Below, piece by piece: positions 1-10,746 of a DNA stretch of 64,000 nucleotides. Both the position numbers and the translations under genes were made by a program. The first letter of the stretch is position 1. Every line of letters starts with the position of its first letter. Location of the stretch: positions 7,998,001 through 8,062,000 of the forward strand of contig CM102289.1 in the NCBI GenBank assembly GCA_046563655.1. The letters run 5' to 3'. The DNA is from Yuukianura sp. NJ FZ-2021 (Eukaryota). A model generated the notes under the pieces. The model was not told the DNA's origin. It worked only from the letters and a program-made list of their open reading frames with translations, and did not search any database.

Positions 1-740
1 GGGTGTCAACTCCTTCCGGGTCAAAGGTCAAGGTCAACCGGTTTTATCCCTGGTAACCGGGAAAATGACCTCTACAAAAGTTGTTCATCTCATCGAGGGG
101 AACAACTTTTGTGTGTAATGTGTGACCCTAGGTCACCTGCTTCCGGGTCAAAATCGATTTCAAAGGTCATTTGTAATGCAAGTGTGTGTAAGAAAAACTC
201 TGCTTGTGAGACTGGAAAGGCAATTGGCATGGGACTTGGTTCTCTGCTTAGCAAAAAATCTATTACGCAGTTGACATATACACTTTACACACTCATGCAC
301 TGTGTCCACCGGGTGTCACCTGTCACTTGCCGGGTGTCACCTGTCACCTGTTAATTGCCGGGTGTCACCTGTCACATACCGCATGTCACCTATCACTTGC
401 CGGATACCGGGTGTCACCTGTCACTTGCCGGGTGTCACCTGTCACGTGCCGCGTGTCACCTGTCACACTCACGTGTCACTTGCCGCGTGTCACCTGTCAC
501 CCTCACGTGTCACTTGCCGCGTGTCACCTGTCACCCTCACGTGACACTTGGCGCGTGTCACCTGTCACACTCACGTGTCACCTGTCACCCTCACGTGTCA
601 CTTGCCGGGTGTCACCTGTCACGTCTCACCTGTCACCTGTCACGCCTCAGCTGTCACGTCTCACATGTCAACACCCCCTGGGGGGGGGCGGGAAAGTTGG
701 AGGAACACACCCCCGCTCACCTTTGGAGGGGGGGGGGGCT
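1..740. mobile_element. Probable terminal or subterminal part of an unidentified repetitive element, truncated by the window edge
   Basis: 13-bp inverted repeat ACAAAAGTTGTTC/GAACAACTTTTGT (74-86, 100-112); GTGACC-cta-GGTCAC palindrome (122-136); TTCCGGGTCAAA twice; then the minisatellite and poly-G tracts, followed by an abrupt return to AT-rich DNA. No transposase or TSD is visible. Confidence 0.35.
300..672. repeat. GC-rich irregular minisatellite built from TGTCAC/TGTCACC units with GCCGGG/GCCGCG spacers
   Basis: Dozens of TGTCAC(C) units are visible directly. The repetitive CHLS/VTC ORFs here are a by-product of the array. Confidence 0.9.
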
Positions 741-969
741 TCAGTGTGATTTACAAAACTTCCCTATTCTTCGCTGTTATCATTATGGGCGGTACAACCG
801 GTTTATTAGAAAGTATCAAGTGTCACAAAACTTTTCAAAACTCATAATTTATAAAAGCAAATAAAAAACATAGCGGACGGAACTAAATGGCAACACAAGC
901 TGTCATTTATTTTGATAAAAAAGAGACAAGTTGAGGTTGCATTGTACTGTCTCTGTTAACATAACAAAT

Positions 970-1981
970 TTAATAATAACCACCGTAGTTACTGTAAGTT
1001 GGCCCAGCGTAACCGTAGCCACGCCCCTTCCCAGCTCCTCCAATGGCTCCACGTCGATAAAGTCCGCCACCGTATCCACCACCATAACCACCATGACCAC
1101 CACCGTAACCGCCATGACCACCGCCATAGCCACCATGACCACCACCAAACGGTTTTCCGTGGCCGTGGCCACCGTGGCCACCGTAACGTTGCGCATGTCC
1201 GTACTGTGGTCTCCATCCTTGCTGTCTCCAGCCACCGCCATGTCCATGGTTTCCGTGGTGGCTACCGTGTCCGTGCCCTTGATTTCGCTTAAAATGGTTT
1301 CCAAGTTTCCCACAGGCTCCGCTTACGTAATGCTCATGTTCAAGTCCTGGTCCTGGAGGGGCACCTAGACCGTGAAAAATCAAAAATTTGAACTGAATTT
1401 CAAAATTTCGATTATTTTTTTTGAAACTTACCGAAAGTTCCCGAGTGGCAACCTTTGTGGTCCCGGTAGTACCACCATCCGCCTTGACCCCAGCCACCAT
1501 AGCCTTTCTTTTTGCCGCGACCTTGTCTAGTGTAAGTGACATAGAGTTGTACTGGCTTAGCCTTTACTTGATACTCTTCATCTTCGTAACTCGACACAGC
1601 ATCAGCATAGTTGTCGTAACCTTGGATACTGGCGTGGGAACTCGGGTAAACTGGCACAGGATGATGGAGATCTTCGTAGTTTCTATGTGAATACTGTCCA
1701 TCAGTGACTACCGCAAGAACGCCAATCAACAGCACAGAACCCTAAGATGAAATTTCGAAAACACAATTTTTAAAAACTTTATTCAAAATATGTTTAAAAA
1801 AAACAAGTGTAGTTGGGTAAAATTTCAATTTGGTTGAAGAATTTGGCAAAGGTCATTGACCTCTTCGTTTTCCCTACGGCGAGTAACGCGTTTTATGTGT
1901 TGGCCGTAAATTTTTTACTAAAAAATTTTGGAATTGCTAATTTTATAGGTTTGAACTTGAACTTACCAGAAATACTTGCAT
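970..1981 (-). CDS. Secreted Gly/His/Tyr-rich protein (cuticular or glycine-rich antimicrobial-type); exons 1981-1967, 1741-1432, 1364-970
   Basis: GT-AG introns join in frame: MQVFL|GSVLLIGVLAVVTDG (signal peptide), then an acidic spacer, then GGHGGYG repeats ending YGGYY*. Confidence 0.85.
1850..1862. promoter_or_regulatory. Perfect IR1 nuclear-receptor palindrome AGGTCAtTGACCT (ecdysone-response-element type) in intron 1 of the Gly-rich gene
   Basis: Exact match to the IR1/PAL1 consensus. Function is inferred only. Confidence 0.4.
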
Positions 1982-3336
1982 GTTGACTGAGCTCTGAAAG
2001 CTTGACCCCTCGGAGAATTTGTGAAACTATGGACTACACGATGGCTGACTTAAGTTGACCACTTTCAATGCAAAACTAAATCCGTAGAGTTCAAAGTTTT
2101 CATTTTCCTTTGGAGAACTTTTGAACATATCAAATTCTGAAAGCATTTCTTCAAAATCCGGTTTTTGTTACCTCAGGGATACAATTGAATCAGAGGATTT
2201 TTGCGTCTTGTAAGGGCGAATGGACTCAACATTCTCCGCTCTACACAGATTTCATTACATCTAATTCACAAAAACCAACATCCGTAAGATTTTACGAAAT
2301 GAATCTGCAAATTTCGCATACAAGAAATATGATTTTGGATTAATTTTTAAATTTTCAAATTAATTACAATCTACACCAGATCTGCTTGTGTAGAACATGA
2401 GCAAAAAATCAGATTTTTTTTTTACACTTTTGTACATACTACTGATTTGATGAAAAGTACAATGTGTTTGCCTTAACCCATAGATTTACCTTGAGACTTT
2501 GTAGGAGTCATTGGACTTTTATTTTTTTCAACTCGTTTGTCCAGATAGCAAGACAGGACGCTTTTAATAAATCATTCAATGACCCCTAATCCTTACAAAG
2601 TTTTTTTTGCAGCTACTTTTTGAAATTTTTTAATATTCTTTTTCAAAAAAAATTGAAACTGAATTAAAAAGTAAAAGTGGAAGGCATGCAGGAAGCGTTT
2701 ACTTTTTCAAAGGGAAAACATTATGGTTCATGTACTGTGTGTTTCCATTTGACGATTTTAATGAAGGCGAGTTCTGAGAATCCTTCGACAATTCCAGCAG
2801 CGATGGTATGACCTTAAGTCGAACTTGTTCTAAAAAAGTATTTTTAACTTCAATTCTTTCAATTTACTAACGTACTGCTGCTGTAAGACCGTTCCAATAT
2901 TCCAGAAGTTTCGAGAAAGTTGCTGGCATGAATAAAACTCACGATAATGTTTCAATTGGGTTTGTAAAGTCATAGCTCTAAAACTATCTAATGTGGGCAG
3001 AATTAGAAAAAGTATTGAAATAAATTAAATTGTACCTTCATTTGGATGTCATAACTGAATTTCATTATTTTATTTCGCCTTCTGCGAAATTCAGAACGGA
3101 GACACGAGACCTTTTGGGGTATACTAAGTCGACTGATGTAGACTTCTTTAAAGAAGTTTTCTGTTCAAACAAACTTTTATTGCAGCAAATAGTAATTTTA
3201 TTGAATTCCGGATTTAGGGTTTTGACAGAATTTAAAACAAAAAAACTATAATCTCGGATAGGGTTTTAATAATTTTGAATTCCAAAGAGAATTGATCTTG
3301 CTTGGTTGCTACTAGTAAAACCATACTCAAGTTGTC

Positions 3337-3708
3337 TTATTTGCCTGGTTTAAAAGAGGCACACTTCTCATTCCTTACGTCGCATACAATTACTGATCCG
3401 CCTTTCTTGCTACTGCAGCAGTTCGCAAACTTATCCCATTCATCCTTGTTTCGAGCATCACAGACATAGCCCTTTTTACCACCTTCAATGTCTCGCTTGT
3501 AGCAAACATAAATGTTGTTCTTGTCCCGCTTCCCACCTTCCAGCTCCACTTCGCAGTCCATCGTATTTTTGTCATTGTAACTCGAAGAAATCTGCGAAAA
3601 AGTGGAAGCACATATAAGGGAACGATAGTATTCGCCTGCTGCTGTCTCCTTCGTCAAAGATGCAAAAATGACCATTGCAAAAACGGACCACAAGAGTACC
3701 TTCCCCAT
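3337..3708 (-). CDS. Secreted 8-cysteine small protein, copy 1 (123 aa), unknown family
   Basis: Signal peptide MGKVLLWSVFAMVIFASLTKETAA; pattern C-C-C-C-CC-C-C. The ATG follows a 5'UTR intron (~3713-3805, gtaag...cttag), and a TATAAATA lies near 3950. Confidence 0.85.
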   Translation of the reverse strand: MGKVLLWSVFAMVIFASLTKETAAGEYYRSLICASTFSQISSSYNDKNTMDCEVELEGGKRDKNNIYVCYKRDIEGGKKGYVCDARNKDEWDKFANCCSSKKGGSVIVCDVRNEKCASFKPGK

Positions 3709-5192
3709 CTCGCTAAGCAAAATATTCAAAAAATGATTAAGGACTTTGCTGGAAATCATTTATTAAGTTATAAGCAATACCAGGAACTTAAGTGAAAAGC
3801 CTTACCTAAAATTTCTGCCTTCTTTTTAGAAAAGTTTAACAAGCTCTCAAGGTCTGCTCAAATTTTTAAACAACAGAATCCAAACCTTTGTGTTAAAAGA
3901 GTAGATTGAAAATCTAGGTATGGCCAATTACTGCGCTCGTTTTTGTATTTATAGGGACTCGAAGCTATCTTTACCGATGGAGTTGTAAAAAAACGTGGCA
4001 AAGGTGATGAGTGAGTTAAAAGAACTTAATTTGGGTCTAAGGTCTTCCAGCTTTGAAGTGTCAATCTCAGCTTAGCTTTAATGGGGACATCTATTCAAAA
4101 AGTTCTAAAAAGTTGGTAGTATGAATAAATCTTACTATAATTTTCCCATTGGGTTCGTAAAGTCATAGTTCTAAAACTTAAGTCTAATGGGCAGATTTAA
4201 AAAAGAATTGAAATAAATTAAATTTTAAATTCATTTTGGGTGCTAAAACTGAATTTCATTGTTCTATTTCTCCATCTGCAAAATTCAGAACGTAGACACT
4301 TTGGAAAAAAGCTACAAGAAATGGTGCCCATAAGCATTTACTTCTGACCTTTGGTTCCTCCAATTATTCAAAACGGGAAATAATCCAACGCCGGACTTCT
4401 GCCACATTTATGCGTTATGTACTTTCGATCGTTCTACAACACATCAGCAACTTTTTGAAATTTTTTTTAGTATTCTTTCCCGAAAATATGTGCAAAATTG
4501 AAATTAAATTAAAAAGGAAAAGTGGAAGGCATGCAGGAAGCGTTTATTTTTTGAAAGAGAAAAAATTATGGTTCAGGTACTGTGCGTTTCCATTTGACGA
4601 TTGTAATGAACGCGAGTTCTGAGAATACTTCGACAATTCCAGCAGCGATGCTTAGGTCCTTAAAAAACGAAGGTTGTTCTAAATGGAAAATATGTTTAAC
4701 TTCAATTTTTTCAATTTACTAACTTACTGCTATTATAAGACCGTTCCAATATTCAAGAAGTTTCGAGAAAGTTGCTGACATGAATAAATCTCACCATAAT
4801 TTTTCAATTGGGTTTGTAAAGTCATAGTCCTAAAACTATCAAATATGGGCAGAATTAAAGAAAGAATTGAAATAAATTAAATTGTAAATTGATTTGAATG
4901 TCTAAACTGAATTTCATTATTATATTTCTCTGTCTGCAAAATTCAGAACGCAGACACCAGAACTATGGGGTTAAGTCGACTGAAGTAGACTTAAGTATTT
5001 TTAAATTAGTTTTCTGTTCAAACAAACTTTTATTGTAAAGAATAATTTTATTGAATTCCAGATTACGAGAGTTTTGACAAAATTTAGACAAAAAAAAACT
5101 ATATTCTCGGATATGGTTTTAATAATTTTTAATTCCAACTAGAATTATTGATCTTGCTTGGTAGGTACTAGTAAAGCCCTACTTAAGTTGTC

Positions 5193-5561
5193 TTATTTGC
5201 CTGGTTTTGGTCGTATGGAAGTGGCACACTTCTCATTAAGTGATTCGTTACATATAATTGATTCTCCGCCTCTGTAGTAAGCGCAGCAGTTTTGAAAGGC
5301 AGTCAAGGCTGACTTGGTTGGAGCATCACAGACATAGGCCTTTTTACTAAGCTTAATTTCTCGCATGTTGCAATTATAAATGTTGATGTTGCCATTTTCC
5401 TCTTTCAGGTACGCTTCGCATTCCATGGTATTTTTGTCCTGGTACGTCAGAGACCTATAGGTAGCACATATAATGGAACGATAGTATGCGCCTGCTGTCT
5501 CCTTCGTCAAAGATGCAAAAATGACCATTGCAAAAACAGACCACAACAGCACCTTCCCCAT
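5193..5561 (-). CDS. Secreted 8-cysteine small protein, copy 2 (122 aa), paralog of 3337-3708
   Basis: First 23 aa identical to copy 1, same Cys framework and C-terminal KPGK, same 5'UTR intron and TATA box (~5790). Confidence 0.85.
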   Translation of the reverse strand: MGKVLLWSVFAMVIFASLTKETAGAYYRSIICATYRSLTYQDKNTMECEAYLKEENGNINIYNCNMREIKLSKKAYVCDAPTKSALTAFQNCCAYYRGGESIICNESLNEKCATSIRPKPGK

Positions 5562-7870
5562 CTCGCTAAGCAAAATATTCAAAAAATGATTAAGGACTTT
5601 GCTGGAAGTCATTTATTAAGCTATGTAGCAGTACCAGGAACTCAGTGAAAAGCCTTACCTAAAATCTCTGTTTTTTTTACAGAAAGGTTTAACAAGCTTT
5701 GCTCAAATTTTCAAACAGAACTCAAGCCTTTGTGTTAAAAGGGTAGATTGAAAATCAAGTTATGGACAATTACTGCGCTCGTTTTTGTATTTATAGGGAC
5801 TCGGATCTATCTTTACCGATGGAGTTGAAAAAAAATGGCATAGGTGATGACCGAGTTCATGTTAAAAAACTTAATTTGGGTCTAAGGTCTTTTAGTTTTG
5901 TAGTGTCAATCTCAGCTTAGCTTTAATGGGGACATCTATTCAAGACGTTCTAAAAAGTTGATGATATGAATAAATCTCCCATTGGGTTTGTAAAGTCATA
6001 GTTCTGAAACTAAATCAAACATGGGCAGATTTAGAACAAGAATTGAAAAAAATCAAATTGTAAATTCATTTTGGATGCCAAAACTGAATTTCATTGTTCT
6101 ATTTCTCCATCTGCAAAATTTAGAACGTAGACACTTTGGAGAAAAAAAAACTACAAGATATGGTGTCTCTAAGCATTTACTTCTGACCTTTGGTTCCTCC
6201 AATTATTCAAAACAGGAAATAGTCGAATTCCGGGCTTCTGCCGCATTTATGCGTTATCTAATTTCAATCGTTGTACAACACATCAGCTACTTTTTGAAAT
6301 TTTTTATTATTCTTTTCCGAAAATATGTGCAAAATTGAAATTGAATTAAAAAGTTAAGGTAGAAGGCATGCAGGAAGCGTTAATTTTTTGAAAGAGAAAA
6401 AATTATGGTTCAGGTACTGCGTGTTTCCATTTGACAATTGTAATGAACGTGAGTTCTGAGAATACTTCGACAATTCCAGCAGCGATGCTTAGGTCCTTAA
6501 AAAACAAAAGTTGTTCTAAATTGAAAATATTTTTAACTTCAATTTTTTCAATTTACTAACTGCTGCTATAAGGCCGTTCCAATATTGTATCGCGTTCATT
6601 GTGCTGCACAAACAGTTTTCGTTCAAAAATTTCTCTTGGATTTCATCGTGACAGTCAACTTTAGCCAGCATTTGCCTTCCATAGTGCCTGCAATAGTATA
6701 AAACAAAAGCTGGCAAACCATATATAAAAAAAGTGTATTTTTTAAATACCTTTGTATGGGAGTCTTATTCCGAATGCCGAAAGAAAACATTTTGTAACAG
6801 GCAGAATCCATATATTCATCTAAAGTTTTCTTCAAAATCATTCCGAAGGTGATTAATCCAGCCCCAGTGATTAAACGCAGTAAGGCCGCCTGTTAAATGA
6901 AAAACACTGTTTAGCCCAAAATAACATTTCGTTAAAAGTTTATACAATTACCAAAACTTTCAGCCTAGTCGGTACATGACCAAATGGAAAACGAAACAAT
7001 TGATTAACATTGGCGCATATGGATGAAATGACAACTGCCAAAAGGCAGTCATACGGCCAAATTTTGATCCCGTTCCTTGTTTTACTGAAATTTCTCAATT
7101 CCGAATCCTGGACTAACAAAATGCTGAAGACTAAAGCAGGACATAAGAGAAGCTGTAAATGAAAAACACAATTTCGTACAAATTAGTTTTAGTATTTGTA
7201 AAAATTTAAATTATATTTTTGGTCTTACCAATGCTACGAGCCGAACCAGAACAACTAAACTGTGGCAAACCTTTGGTAAAACGTTTTTTAAAAGCTCTTT
7301 CAAAATTTGTGCCCTGGATAACTGATGAGTATTTCCAATCGAATTCTGAGGCCGATTGATTGGTAAAGTTTCTTTTAGGTCTTCCTCCATTTCAAAAACT
7401 ACTATCAACTAACCTAAAATTTCTAAATGGTTAATAATTAATTTATATCTGTTGTAAATCCATCCACGTTTTAATACTTTACTTGACTTTCCTAAGTGAA
7501 AGTTTCGAAATTTTTATGATTCAAAATCTGCTCCAGAAGAAAGGTCAAAGAGAAAGCTGCTTTCACTTCCAAGTAAAACCAAGGACAATACAACTTACAA
7601 ATTATAGAAAAATGTTCAAATTTAAAAAACAAACAATCCAAATAGATAAAAATTTCATTAATACATTTTTTGAAAATAAAAATAACATATTCCTTCTTTC
7701 GCACTAGCAGAGTTCTGAAACTGCAGTAGAACATAGCCTTAAACATAAATTTAGCAAAATTTTCAAAAAGTTTCAAACTTTTTCAAAAGTCTATGGGATT
7801 TCACACTGCAATAATGTAAAAATTTCAAAAAATAAAATTGTGTATTATGCTTATAAAGTAGTAATGGAAA

Positions 7871-10746
7871 TTAATGGTATCGAGTTAGCTGGTCACATGA
7901 AATGGATCTTGACTTGTTTCCTAACATTTTGCGATTACTTGTCGAATTAGCACTAAAAATTGGTATTCTGCTTTTGAAGTTAGTACTGGCAGAATTAGAC
8001 GTATTTTGAGGTATTTTTTGAACTTTGCATCTTTCACGACGAGCTACTTGAAGTAAAACTTCACCACTTTTGATACTTTTGAAAACATTTAAAGCTTCTG
8101 TATGTGTCACGCCAGCCAGAGGAGTTCCATTGATTGACAAAATTTCATCGCCTGAAACCAAAAATCAAAATATTAATTAACACCAAAGTTGATTAACAAA
8201 AATTGCTAAGTAATTGATTGAATACCTTCAGAAATTGTTCCATCTTCAGCCGCTTGCCCATTTGGAAAAATTCTTCTAACAAAAATGCCCATACTTCCTT
8301 TTGCCGAATCTTTCCCGCCAACGACGCTGAATCCCAAGCCTTTCCGAGTGGGGCCTTTGTGAAACGAAATTGTAAACAGCGTAAGTGATACGGATTTTAC
8401 TGACGCTTGTGTCATCGTGGGCGAATCTCTATCACGGACTTTGTTGCGCAAGCGCAGCGACGGAGCCGATTGACGATGACTCTGAGTAGAGCAATTTGTA
8501 ACTACTTCTGCTTTTTCAGTGTTAGCTAAACTTGTGTTTTCATTTTCCAAATTCGACACGCTGTTGACTGCTTCTGCGTAAACTTCTTCCAGCGCTTGTT
8601 TCAAAAGTTCTTCATGAATTGAAGTTTTTTCATAATCGGAGCATCCACTGCTGCTACTTGAATTAACGTCTTCCATTTGCTCAGCAATTGGCAACTTTCC
8701 AGAATTTCTTGGCGATTCTTGTCCATTTCTGGTGGAGTCACTGTCATAGCCGCTCTCTTCCTTCTGATTTAATTCTCCACCAAAAGTGATTGATTCGTCA
8801 CTGGAATTCAAAATGTCGCCAATTGAAAAAGAACGTCGTCTCTTGTTTCTTAGACTGTTTTCAACTATGTCTTCCCACTGTGGTGTTTTATGCATCAAGT
8901 CAATTCGGATTTGACTCAGCGGGTCTGTCAGCCGTTGATTTCCATCGAAGCAAGTCAAACTAGCGTTGGACAAAAGTGGGCTTTGACCTAGGTCATGTTC
9001 ATGCTCTAGGATCAAGTTTCCCATACTGTGATACGAATTTGGCAGATCGGTTGACCTGAAGTTTACTGAAGGCGTGGATGGTTCTTCTGGAAGTGAAGAC
9101 AGTTTGGATCTAATGTAAGCATGCGGAAAAAATGAACGTTTGACAACAGCTCGAGCATTTCCCAATCTGTAACTTCCGCCACTAAAAACCGAAATTGACG
9201 TTCCTCCTTCCAGGGTTGACGAATCATCTTCCAAGTAAACACGGGATGTGAAACAGAGGTTGTCGCAGCTAGTGGACTTTGCTAGCGGCTGCGGCTGGAA
9301 TGACCTTTGACCTCTGCTGGTAGATTCAAGCAATTCAACGGTGGTTGGAGATTCTTGGTCCAAGTCTTGAGTGTCCACGCCCTTGTCGATTTTCGTTTTA
9401 GACGACTTCGGCTTGTTAGGTTTCAGTAAATTGCGTAAGGATTCAACGCGGCTTAAATTTCGTCTTAAGATTCCTGGATTTTGGTTAGACGATGATCTCT
9501 CAGAGGATTTGGTTGAACTTTCGAAATTTTCAGGATCTTCGTGTTCTTCTTCATAAGTTTGCTGGAAAACTGTGGCGGACTTTTTTGAATTGTATCTCGA
9601 AAATCCGATTAAACTTTTGTCGAGTGTCATTGAATTCAGTTTGTCGCTGGATCCCGACCGGCGCAAAGTGTCCCATGTCTTGCTGGCAACTTTTCTGCTC
9701 CATGTCGAAACGCCTAAAAAAAAATGAAAATTCAGCATCAAAATTGGATATACAAAAGTAGCAACTTAAGATTTAGAAAAAACGCCAACATTTCTGCAGT
9801 AACAAGAACTGAAAGGTTTTATAAATTGCAAATTGAGTGTCTTTCCCTTCGGATTGTTTCCTAGTTTCACAGCTTCACATTAAAAATTTGCCATAGTGTA
9901 AAAAATGTTGTTGCAAAAAGACCGCAAAAATGTTACAAATTCCGAAAGTACTGTGAAAATTTACCGGTAACTTCCGTTTCAAGGAAAACAAAATTGAAGC
10001 AGTCATCTTCCGTTGTTGGAAGAAACGTGAAGAAAAGTCGAAGTGATTAATCTCTTGGCAGTACAGAACCGCTGAACCGTTTAACTGTGCGCATGCGCTC
10101 AAGGCAAAAACTTTCTGAACAAATTGGCGCCATTATGATTAATAAGCTAACCTGACAAAAATACAATAGCAAAAAAAAGTGAAGATGGAAACGCAGAAAG
10201 GTAGTTTTTACTTTTCAAAAGTAAAAATTGATTTGGATCTTGCAGGATGCGGTTTTAGATCAAAAGAACAGTATGATTCAAACAATTCTTTTTAAAAAAA
10301 AAAACTTGCCGCTTTGTCCTACTTTTCAAAAACTTAGGAAGGTACCAGGGTAGTAATCAAGTTATGGATTTTCCTGGAGGTCATTGACCCCTAACGAGAG
10401 GTCAATGACCTCTGGGAAATATTTACTCACCAGTAAATGAACCCGTTGTGTTGTTGTTCCGTTGTGAATCTTTGAGCGAAGATGAACAAATTTTGACAAG
10501 TCCGCCTTCAATTTTGAGATGGTGGTCAGGAGTAGTCGGTTGATGACAGGTTCTATTGTTGTTGTTGCTTGAAGTGTCGGTGGCGGAAGCTTTGAAAATC
10601 AAATTCGGTGGACCTTGACCTGCTCTTCCGTTAGACTGGCCAGAACTGTTGTCTGGATGGATAGCAACGGCGTGTAGCGTAGCAACGCCAACCAGTTGTG
10701 GGTCATCAAACTCTCCCAAAGATTTGCGACGGTTGAAGATCCTCAT
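7871..10746 (-). CDS. Ser-rich protein with a single C-terminal PDZ domain (PDZD2/pro-IL-16/big bang-like PDZ), ~694 aa; exons 10746-10431, 9713-8226, 8151-7871
   Basis: Two phase-1 GT-AG introns restore the frame. PDZ signature [13 protein letters not shown]...[30 protein letters not shown]...[11 protein letters not shown] further acceptor at ~10927 implies upstream 5'UTR exon(s). Confidence 0.85.
10378..10411. promoter_or_regulatory. Pair of IR1 palindromes (AGGTCAtTGACCC and AGGTCAaTGACCT) in the PDZ-gene intron
   Basis: One perfect and one single-mismatch ecdysone-response-element-type palindrome, 8 nt apart. Confidence 0.45.

Larger units (their letters stand above)
2610..6586. repeat. 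Tandem segmental duplication, unit ~1.84 kb, about 2.15 copies (units start ~2610, ~4445, ~6284)
   Basis: The block GAAGGCATGCAGGAAGCGTT...CGACAATTCCAGCAGCGATG occurs near 2680, 4525 and 6362. The gene, its intron and its promoter are each present twice. Confidence 0.95.

Noticed and set aside
300..672. CRISPR-like array
   Set aside because: No constant repeat with unique spacers, no cas genes, and the context is eukaryotic.
109..864. Several overlapping Cys/His-rich ORFs (CHLS, VTC repeats)
   Set aside because: They are translations of the TGTCAC minisatellite, which is open in all three frames.
903..1368. Thr/Met/Val-rich and His-rich ORFs on alternative frames and strands
   Set aside because: Shadows of the GGHGGY repeat coding sequence.
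3709..3759. N-terminal extensions MISSKVLNHF... and MTSSKVLNHF... of the Cys-rich ORFs
   Set aside because: They lie inside the 5'UTR intron; the signal peptide begins at the downstream ATG.
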